From contig NC_068984.1 in NCBI RefSeq assembly GCF_001194135.2, positions 49,075,505 through 49,139,504 on the forward strand: 64,000 bases of DNA, in the 5' to 3' direction. Position 1 is the stretch's first letter. Each line of letters starts with the position of its first letter. The notes beneath the pieces are model-generated. The model ran no database searches and was not told the DNA's origin. It saw only the letters and a program-made list of their open reading frames with translations. The stretch is from Octopus bimaculoides. Its lineage: Eukaryota. Below, one piece after another: positions 54,960 through 64,000 of this stretch. Both the position numbers and the translations under genes were made by a program.

Positions 54960-55300
54960 TAGCTAGGTTTTCCAATTTTAAAGTAAAAACGTCGGAAAAT
55001 ATGAACAACTCCCCACGGTTTCCGTCCTGGTGTTCAGGTAGCCTCCTGGCTCAAAGTGAGTTCATGAGGATAATATATATTTCTGCCATACACGGTTTAC
55101 ACAGTCTTGTTCCATTGCGATAGGGTCCACGAGTTTCCAATAATTTCCACCTGATGTTAAAGGGCGTATGATCGTCCTTTAGGCGCCATACGTATGCTAC
55201 AAGTGTTGTGTTGCGTCTCTCCGGGACCCTGAAAGAAAATCTGTGGCTGTTCAAGCAAATTTTAAATTTGGATTCACAAGATCCGACATAAAGTTTAGGC
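54960..55300 (-). mobile_element. Inverted 5'-truncated duplicate of the PLE endonuclease end
   Basis: Minus translation KLYVGSCESKFKICLNSHRFSFRVPERRNTTLVAYVWRLKD..FNIRWKLL..CKPCMAE; homologous to 55862-56170. Confidence 0.9.
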
Positions 55301-56200
55301 TATCGTACATAAATACAGCCTCCTGCCACCAACCCATAGTGTTCAAAAACCTTATAAAATGTATCAGTAAATGGATTTCGATTTTATCTTCAAATAAAGA
55401 TATTTTCGACGCAGCGGTTCCCGCTTACAATGAGGCGCTAGCGACCAGCGGATTCAAAGATAATATAGTATATATACCAGGATTGAGTAACGATAAAAAG
55501 ATACGCCACCGCAAGACCCTATGGCTCGCTCCCACCTTCTTCATAAACGTCCGGACATGCGTAGGTAAGATTTTTCTTAGGTTGGTTGATAAGCATTTCA
55601 CGCAATCACATAAATAATAGAAAGATTTTTAACAGACATAATTTAAGAATTTCTTTCAGTCGTGCACCGAATGTTTAAAAAAATTGCTTAGCACTGTTAA
55701 ACTACTAAACTACGGACAGAGGCAGGTTGTTTATGCAGGATTAGAAATGCATGCCCAGTGGACGGCCGATGTAACACCGAGGCTACAGTCTACCAAGCAA
55801 AGTAGCCTCAAACAGAAGCAGCAAAATTATCAGTAACATCAATGTCAACACAGGGGCACACACTAAAATTTATGGCGGATCTTGTGAATCCAAATTTAAA
55901 ATTTGCCTTCTTTCAGAGTCCCGGAGAGACGTAACAGAACAACATTCGCAGCATACCTATAGTGCCTAAAGGACGATCGTACGCCCTTTAACATCAGGTA
56001 GAAATTATTGGAAACTTGTGGACCCTATTGCAATGGAACAAGACTGTGTAAATTGTGTATGGCAGAAAGATCTATTATCCTCATGAACTCACATGAGCCA
56101 GGAGGCTACCTGAACACCAGAACAGAAGCCGTGGGGAGTTGTCCACATTTTCGAAAGTTTTTACTTCAAAATAACTTCGACACATATTTACACGTGAAGT
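55300..56200 (+). mobile_element. Penelope-like element, 5'-truncated (RT thumb, linker, GIY-YIG)
   Basis: YINTASCHQP..SILSSNKDIFDAAVPAYNEALATSGF..LWLAP..VGKIFLRLVDKHF..KIFNR..C.C....CPVDGRC..VYQ..CKLCMAE..LNTRTE..SCPH. Confidence 0.9.
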
Positions 56201-56208
56201 AGATTGAT

Positions 56209-56538
56209 GAAGGCGCATGACTCAGTGATTAGAGCGTCGAGCTTACTATCGTATGGTTGTGAGTTCGAATCCCGGACCAGCTTGCGTGTTGTGTTCTTGA
56301 GCAAGACACTTTATTTCACGTTACTCCAGTTCACTCAGCTGTAGAAATGAGTTGCGACGTTACAGGTGCCAAGCTGTATCGGATAACGCTTTGGATAACA
56401 CTGCTGAGGTGGAGAGGGGAGATCGGTATGCATGGGCGACTGCTGGTCTTCCATAAACAACCTTGCCCGGACTTGTGCTTCGGAGGGTTACTTTCTAGAT
56501 GCAATTCTATGGTCAGTCATGACCGAAGGGGTCTCAAC
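56209..56538 (+). mobile_element. SINE family 1, full length, possible 8-bp target-site duplication
   Basis: Head gaaggcgcatgactcagtgattag...gagttcgaatccc; attgatga at 56203-56210 and 56539-56546. Confidence 0.9.
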
Positions 56539-57136
56539 ATTGATGAGATGTTGTGTAATCATTATCACCCATCCAAGGTGTTAAATGCGCCCCTTGAAGT
56601 GGTTGTCTAAATGAGCCCTTCCCACTATAATTTCAGTTAATATGGGAATGCATACCCGAAGCAGTGTGTAATTTTCAGCAGATTACAGACAAATCTAGAC
56701 CCATAGATGTAGTCAGAAACACATAGAATTATATTATAATCAAAGTACAAAATACAGAAACATACAATAAAAAGTGAGGGTCAGTTTGCTTATAAATTAC
56801 AATTCTATTTTCATCGTCAGATTATAAGTAAAGAGGTCCAAACCAGAACGAAGGACAAAATTAAACCTTTAGAGATAATAAATTGATTAGAAGATGAAAA
56901 CTAACCATTTCTGTACTTATCAACTAATCTTTGTTTCTTTGAAAGATCTAAATTAATCCCTGTCTTTAATAACAAAACAACTAGTTCCCTTCTACTCTTG
57001 AATCAGCTTCTATTTAAAGTTAATTTATTATTGTCTCGCTTTATATCCTGTTTTGAAACAATTAGAACAATAAATTAGTACGTATATCTATCTACCCAGC
57101 CTGTATACATATATGTTCTTCCATATACAAGGTAGT

Positions 57137-57750
57137 GAACGAGGAGGTACCCAAAAGTAACTGGAAATGTTATCTGTGGGACAACCCCGCTGTACTTCAG
57201 GATTCCGCTGCTAGAACCCACTTCATGTAACACTCCGGCATCGGTATGCCCACGGACTACGTCGTACAGAGTCGTACCGCCATGTGGTACGTCTTTGTTT
57301 TGCAGTGCTTTTCCTCTTGTTCATCAATTTTTGGGATGGCTGAAAGGAAGGAACAGCGGGCTTCCGCAAAATTCAGTTTTATGCCGGGGAAAACGGTAGC
57401 CGAAACAGTCGTCTTTCCTCAAAGCTTACATGGATGCTGCCATGTGCAAAACCCAAGTTTACGAGTGGTTTTCACGCTTTAGAAATGGTTACTAGTCGCT
57501 TGAAGACCAACATCGTTTGGGCGACCGTCTACCTCCCGAACAAATGAAAACATCACGAAATGATCTTGGAGGACCGTCACAGAACAATTGAACTTGTTGA
57601 TATAACTGGTGTGTTCTGGAGTTCCTGTCAACGAATTCTGAGCGAGGAATTGCGAACGAAAAGAGTTGCAGCAAAATTAATGCCTCGTTTGCTCACGGAA
57701 GGTGAAAAGCAGCTACGACTGAATGCGTGTCGTGAACTGACAGAATAGTC
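57137..57750 (+). mobile_element. Mariner element 5' fragment (DNA-binding region), decayed
   Basis: EQRASAKFSF..GKTVAET..KAY..AMCKTQVYEWFSRFRNG..LED..GRPSTS..ILEDR..RILSEEL..RVAAKLMPRLLT; ends before the catalytic domain. Confidence 0.9.
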
Positions 57751-57923
57751 GGAAATTAATCTGGACAATTGCAATTGTCCTTTTTCGTGAAACATTGCAG
57801 ACTACTGTTTGTAATAAATTTATGTATATACACTGGTGAATCGCGAAATTACCCATTGATTTGGATTACGAAAACATATATACTAATAGAGAAGCGACTC
57901 CAGAAGGAGCCGAAGTTCGAGCT

Positions 57924-57979
57924 AGTTCTAACTGATGAGGTAACGGAAATTGCCGAAATTGACGTCAGTATTGGGAATT
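57924..57979 (+). ncRNA. Minimal type I hammerhead ribozyme, near intact
   Basis: agttctaa-CTGATGA-ggtaa(cggaaa)ttgcc-GAAA-t-TGACGTCA-GTA-ttgggaatt: full core, stem II, palindromic stem III, GUA triplet, stem I with one bulge. Confidence 0.8.
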
Positions 57980-58174
57980 CTCGATCGGCATTTTTCGGAC
58001 GATTAGGGTCCCTGTTTGTATATATTTATATTTATGTGCGTTGACTGCAGAATTAGAGCATTTTAGCTCTTATTTCTAGCTATGTAAGTGTTTCTAACAC
58101 CCTAGTCACATTTAGTGACAATTATAATTGTTCTTTTTTGGGAAACATTGCAAATTGCTGTTTATATTAATTAA

Positions 58175-58218
<44 letters not shown>

Positions 58219-58799
58219 TTAATGATAATAATATTATAAAAATCCAAATTTACAGGTAAAAACTCAATTAAATTCAATCAAAATTAAAATTAAATTAAGT
58301 TTCACAGTATATAATATATAAATATATAAATATATAATTTAGAGAAAATAACCAAAGTTCATGAACTCATCCATGAAAATCCACAGTCACATATATAAAA
58401 CCTAGAAATTTATATTTTCATATTCTTTTCATGTACCATTTTTTCACATACAGAACTGTACTAACTCAAAATTAAAGCGTGATGTCCTTAAATATCTCAA
58501 AGTAGAATCAATAATTTTAAATAACTAATGAGAATTGTTTTGACATGGAGCTGCGTTTTATGAAAATATGATCTCTGTTGATAATCAATTCGACACTTAA
58601 TTTGAAACATCAATTTCCAAACATTTATGATAAAGTATTCTATTTATTCTAGCCTCGTTCTCCGTTGTAGTACACTATAAACTCGATAAGATAAGAAATT
58701 TCAAACCTGGCAATCTATTAAAATTATCTTCTATAAATGTTAGCCTATGATTTAATAACCATTTCCCCATCCCCTTTCATATATTTTTATTTCTTGTGC

Positions 58800-59750
58800 A
58801 ATCTTTCATATAAAAACATTTAACACATAAATCGACAACTATTCATAAACAATGGAATCAAATTCAAGGTATAATCCCGCCAAAAGACCTGAGTGGAATC
58901 TCGTTCTCTTGTACAGACAGAATGGCTAAGTGTACATATATCAAAAATGTGATATAATTTTGTCCCGTAAATTTATCCTTCCAGTAACCAAATTCGCCTT
59001 GTCGTGAATCACGCAGCTTACTAGTTTCAGTAATCGATAAGTTATATAACTATTAAATGCTGGTTGTTTCCCTCAGTTGTTATTTTATTCTGGCTGGCTG
59101 TTATTTCTTTCTCAGTATCACCGATTCTGTTTTCGTTACATATAGTACTGTTCCATAAAGTATTCCTCTTTCATTTATTATTGTTGCAAAGTTTTGTTGG
59201 TCATCTTTTAAAAGTTTATAAAGCAGTATTATCTACATAAGATACCTTTATACGTAGATACCTTTATACGTAGATACGTCTTCTTTTCTGAAGAACTTGG
59301 TTTGTAGGATAATTAGGTCAGAATACAGTATCCAACTTTGCCTGAATCTATTCTTAATTTTAAATTCTAATGTTTTCTTTAATTCAGGTCTTATCACCAA
59401 TGTTTGTTCCACGTACATTTTTGTTGCTTTTTGGCTATTACGATACATCTCGTGTTCTAATAGACATTCTTATCGCTTTTTCATTGTTTCTGTGTCAATC
59501 GCCTTGACATATTTTATGAAACACATATAGGCATCTCGATTAACAACTAGAGTCGTTTCGCATATGAATTATAAGTTAAATATCACTGAGGAATTCCCAT
59601 TCTTTTCCTCACTACTTTCCATTTGAGATATTCTTCATATGTGGACGATGTAATAGCTTAGTCATAGGATTCAATAGGTTTATGGATCTAATTACAATAC
59701 ACTCCTGTGGTTTTGGATTCTTTGATACTATAACAGATACCGAAGATAAT
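58800..59750 (-). mobile_element. RTE-type LINE reverse transcriptase fragment
   Basis: SKNPKPQECIVIRSINLLNPMTKLL, YMCFIKYVKAIDT, KNRFRQSWILYSDL (GVRQGCILSP-like), YVDNTAL, VTKTESV in the expected order; 16-bp tandem duplication at 59240-59271. Confidence 0.75.
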
Positions 59751-60506
59751 ACACCTCTGATATTTACAATCTGCAGACCGAAAAATTCTGGTTTTAATCG
59801 AAATTACTTTGATATCCAGAAAGTCCTCTAAAAATGCTAAATGTACTAACAGCCAGAAATATAAATATCGAAACCAGAAACGATATTTCTAAAGTGTGTT
59901 GCATGATACAGTCTAGTACATTGAGCTGAAACCCGAGCATTATTTAAAATATCAAATATATTGCTTGCGTGTATTTAGAAGACTTTTGAAAATATCATGA
60001 ATAGAACACAAACCAACGCTGAAGTAGTAAGAATGACAACATTGTAGAACCTTTTATTACACACTATCAAATAGAGCAAACTAAAATATTTTGTAAATTT
60101 AATGCTTTACTGATACTTTTAATTAAAGACGAAATAAAATGGAAAATAGAAAGTTGAGTAACATAATCAGTGCCTTCATTTTTTTTTTTTGATTCTCCAT
60201 TTTGTTGCCATTCGTTTTCGTTTACATTTTTGTGTTGTTACTTTCTTTATTCTGACGTCGCTTTATGTATTGTAGAGTGACATAAGAAGTGTGTTGCCTG
60301 CATTGTTACGTAGTACTTCTATATCCTAAAATCCTTTATGTTCATTAATTTTCATTCTTCCAAAACCAATAAAATATGTACCTATCATACACAGCTAGAG
60401 AATCGATCCAGGTTACTCATCTTCAACAATCTTTACCTTAACCCCTAATATGAAGTAAAACTGTTCTTTGAGCATAGTTCTTACAAGCCTTTTCATTTTG
60501 GTCAAG

Positions 60507-60599
60507 GTACTGCAGCAAATGATCAGCTTGAAATTGAAACAAGAGGAGCTTGGGTTGTTGGGTAGTGAGAATGATGAGAGAAAGAACAGCGTGCATCAG
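60507..60599 (+). CDS. Candidate exon of an unidentified host gene (VLQQMISLKLKQEELGLLGSENDERKNSVHQ)
   Basis: Pyrimidine-rich acceptor tttcattttggtcaag, 93 nt open in phase 0, donor CAG|GTAATA, purine-rich relative to flanks; no homology recognised. Confidence 0.35.
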
Positions 60600-61324
60600 G
60601 TAATATACAGCTTAGTACCTCACAGAAACAGCAACTCTTATATAAATGATAGGTGATAATGCATCGCAAGACAGCAATTTAGATATGCCGGTTGCTTGTA
60701 CCATGTAATCAACAGTTTGAATAAAGTCCAGTTTTCACTTGACCTTGTGTTTTACACGTTATAAAATTGCTAGTATATTATATATTAGGGACCATCTAAC
60801 TCTGTTGTGTATATGCATGTCATATACTGGATTATTTCTATTTCAGATAATTCTAACTAATCAGATGAATAATATAATTTTCGGTTCACATTTGTTTACG
60901 ATTACATTTCATATTAATATTTGTTTCTTATCTAACCAACTAAGCCAGTTTCTTTATTAATACAGCTGGTAAATACATAAACATGGGTACATTAAATACA
61001 TAAGATCTGAAATAAGATTTAATATTGAAAAAAAATGCACTGTTCATCTTTTGTTAATAAATGAATTTAATCGATCCAAAAAGCAATTTTGAAAGTACAG
61101 AGTATCGGATAGGAATTCAGTCTTTATTCTGATATAGAGAACACACATATGATCAGATTATCTGTTTAACAGATACAAACACATGTATTTAATGAAGTAT
61201 GTTGTAATCCCGAGTGAAAACAGTGAATTGTTAATTATTATACTTACCATCAGTGATATTGCCATTTGTTTCTGTGGCAATTAGTTCCGTGACGACCAGG
61301 TTTATGCTATTCATTATTGATGTT

Positions 61325-62110
61325 GTTTTATTGTCTATTTTGATTTCTGGGAGCCTTTCGGGATAGGACGATGGATAATTTCCAAAAATCTCTGGCCTGG
61401 CAGTGCTACCGGGGAACTTTTCCTGTTCGATATAAACTCTACAGGCACGGAAGTGCCGTCAACCGCGAGCATGTCCGAGATGCGCTCATGACGACGAGAC
61501 GGTCCTGTATGCACTCGTCCAGTGCCCGAGAATTGCTGACCTCTGGGGTTATGTTGAACACCTGCTGTTGCGTGTGGGACAGATTCAATTCACACCTAAA
61601 TCCATTTTGAAAATCGAACCGCCGGCTTCCTTTAACCGTGAAGCAAAGGCTGTATTTATATGCCTAGTGGCCATGGCGAATGAGGTTGAAGTGTGGCCGA
61701 GTTTGAAGGGGTTGAAGTAAAACTCTTTTCTCTGATGAGCTTTTTCAAGTTTCACCTGAAAAGAAAAAGAAGAGACGAGAGGGAAGTGTTGTCTTCTAGC
61801 CAATTTGTTGAAAGGTGGATGAAAGTAGCGAGAATGGTGCGAGTTAACGCGTCTGCCCTGAGCATACACCTCTAGTTGGAAAAATGTAAAGGAAAAAAAG
61901 GCACCTACCCCAAAAGGGTTTGTCCATGAGCAACCTTCGAATGTCTCTCCCTTATTGAGGATTACACATTGTTGATTTCTTTCCATCATCTTTTTGTATT
62001 TTTTAAAAATTTTGTTAGTCTTAGTTTTTTCCTTCGATTTCTCTGAGAAACTGCCCATGCAGTGGTTTCACTTTCCAGTTCTTTACACCTACTTCATTTT
62101 GTTTCTTAAA
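61325..62110 (+). mobile_element. L1-clade (Tx1-like) LINE 3' end with zinc knuckle and T-rich 3' UTR
   Basis: SLAWQCYRGTFPVRYKL...CPRCA.DDETVLYALVQCPRIADLW...FVERWMKVARMV* followed by a T-rich UTR. Confidence 0.75.
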
Positions 62111-62203
62111 TATTTCGTGGGTGCATCACAATTGCAGTAGGGATTGTATTGTTAATCCTAACAGCGGCAAGCAGAGATCCACATTACTATTATTATTATT
62201 ATT

Positions 62204-62422
62204 GTTCAGTAGTTTTATTTTTATAACGTGCTTTCATTTCACTACCGAGCGCAGCTCTGTGTGCCTTGGGTACGTGCTGTGGTTTGCTATGATGCTCTTA
62301 TGGTTACTGTATTGAAAATATTTTGCGTAGGATGTGTGCAGTGCCCAGTAGTGCAATTTTCTGAATGTTATATATATTTGTAAGTCCTGGTGTTTTTGTT
62401 ATGTATTTGTCTGAATATTTTT
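62204..62422 (-). mobile_element. 3' stub of an R4/Dong-type LINE (subfamily B) inside an (ATT)n array
   Basis: DKYITKTPGLTNIYNIQKIALLGTAHILRKIFSIQ* plus UTR; (ATT)n at 62183-62203 and 62423-62505. Confidence 0.85.
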
Positions 62423-62431
62423 TTATTATTA

Positions 62432-62502
<71 letters not shown>

Positions 62503-62544
62503 GTTATCATCATCATCATCATCATCATCATCATTTGGATGCGT

Positions 62545-62690
62545 TAGCTGCCAGAATGTCAGAAAAATACCTTGCAACATATCTTCAGACTCCTCATGGT
62601 CTGCGTTCAAAGTCCCCTGCGGTGAAACTTTGCTTTTATCCTTTCCGTAGTGACAAGATAAAACATCCGTCAGATACTAATGTTCATAAT
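62545..62690 (+). mobile_element. SINE family 2, old degenerate copy
   Basis: gttcaaagtcccctgcggtgaaactttgcttttatcctttccgtagtgacaagataaaa aligns loosely to the Meta-like block. Confidence 0.45.
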
Positions 62691-62744
62691 ATCGACTTAC
62701 TCATTTTCCAAATATTGTTGGTCTTTTGTCAAATTTTGAAACCA

Positions 62745-62932
62745 GTGACGGCGTCAACACCGGAAAGAATATTTAGCAGCGTTTTTGGGTATGTGTTGGA
62801 AAATTCCGCCAGGTTAGGCTGTGCCTTTCATCCTTTCGGGGTCGATATAAATACTATTCAAGTAGAGGTCGATGTAATTGACTAGTCTCTACCTTAAAAT
62901 TTCAGGCCTTGTACCTATTGTAGAAACGATTA
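62745..62932 (+). mobile_element. SINE family 2 (Meta-domain-like)
   Basis: aaattccgcc...gcctttcatcctttcggggtcgata...aaaatttcaggccttgtacctattgtagaaacgattatt. Confidence 0.8.
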
Positions 62933-62967
62933 TTATTATTGTTATTATTATTATTTGCTGTTGGTGG

Positions 62968-62999
<32 letters not shown>

Positions 63000-63051
63000 T
63001 TGTTGTTGCTGCTGTTGTTTTTGTTGTCGTTGTTGTTGTTGTTGTTGTTGT

Positions 63052-63099
<48 letters not shown>

Positions 63100-63100
63100 C
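62930..63100. repeat. Compound microsatellite ATT>GTT>GGT>AGT
   Basis: In-phase trinucleotide runs continuing from the SINE tail. Confidence 0.95.
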
Positions 63101-63744
63101 TCGTTAATGCTGGTTGCAGCAAACGTAGGTGTATAATACAATAGCGGTAAAGAATTATATTTGCTAAATTTAATCGGTGAAAGGGATTTTTTTTTCTGCA
63201 TTGTTTTGACAACAGAGGGCTTTTGAATGTTTCAGCGTCTGCCTCATTAAATTTTTATGGAAAAATAAGGATTGTGTTTCGAGATTTTGTTTTTGTTTTT
63301 TTTTCTTTTAGAATTTCTGCTTTGGTAACAGTGTTTGCTCTTGATTTAATATGGCTTCCTATGAAAGAGCGGGAAGAGGCGCTTGTCGCTTGTTACTAAC
63401 ATGGTGGCATCGGAAAAGATTATAAAATATCAAAAGAGAAAATTGAAAATTTTACATATAAAGACAAGGATGTGACCAAAAAATGTTAAATAAAAAAATA
63501 AAATGGTAGTTGCACAGAGAGTTACGTTTCTATGCTTCAGCATTCACATTCGAATAAGTACAAGAACAAGAACGCTAAGTTTGCATAAGAAAGCAGCACT
63601 AGTAACTCATCTTTTATGAGTGTTCTGATCAAGAAAGTAAAACTGATCATGGGTCAGCTGCCACAAGGAAAATATGAAAGACAGTTTGTCTTGCCTGAAA
63701 ATTTCATCGAGGAAAGGGGAAGAGGGATAGTTATGTTTTTATTC

Positions 63745-64000
63745 TTTTATTCTTTTACTTGTCTCAGTCATTTGACTGCGGCCATGCTGGAGCACCGCCG
63801 TTAATCGAGCAAATCGATCCCAGGACTTATTCGTTGTAAGCCTAGTACTTATTCTATCGGTCTCTTTTGCCGAACCACTAAGTTACGGGGAACGTGAATA
63901 CACCAACATCGGTTGTCAACCGATGGTGGGGGGACAAACACAGACACACACACACACATATAAATATATATAAATATACGACGGGCTTCTTTCCGTTTCC
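63745..64000 (-). mobile_element. SINE family 3, cut by window end
   Basis: tcttttacttgtctcagtcatttgactgcggccatgctggagcaccgcc... is the reverse complement of the 43432-43830 3' half. Confidence 0.9.

Noticed and set aside
730-56538. tRNA genes at A-box/B-box motifs
   Set aside because: Each is the head of a SINE followed by SINE body sequence; no complete cloverleaf.
58240-58400. Hammerhead-like remnant on the minus strand (ATGGATGA...GAAA)
   Set aside because: Core is mutated and no stem II or stem III pairing can be built.

Overview
AT-rich (roughly one-third GC by eye), microsatellite-dense animal DNA with six assembly gaps. The repeat landscape (tRNA-derived SINEs, long (AAT)n/(AT)n/(CT)n/(ATAC)n arrays, Penelope-like, R4/Dong and RTE retroelements) suggests an octopus genome; this is inference, not a database result. 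No intact protein-coding gene can be supported, and nearly all ORFs in the supplied track are microsatellite or N-gap artefacts. The recognisable coding remnants are decayed transposons: at least seven R4/Dong-type RLE non-LTR fragments, four to five Penelope-like elements (PLEs), five RTE-type fragments, one L1/Tx1-type 3' end and two mariner fragments, plus four SINE families. Two short segments could be host exons and one could be a promoter. Most notable: (1) a near-intact minimal type I hammerhead ribozyme with a palindromic stem III at 57924-57979, plus degenerate copies at 46444-46518 and 6484-6540; (2) R4/Dong fragments of several subfamilies that consistently sit in (AAT)n arrays with the same strand polarity; (3) a PLE with direct terminal repeats interrupted by a Dong element, with a perfect 12-bp fold-back at the junction; (4) a PLE carrying an inverted duplicate of its own endonuclease end. 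All family assignments rest on recalled motifs and need RepeatMasker/HMM confirmation.
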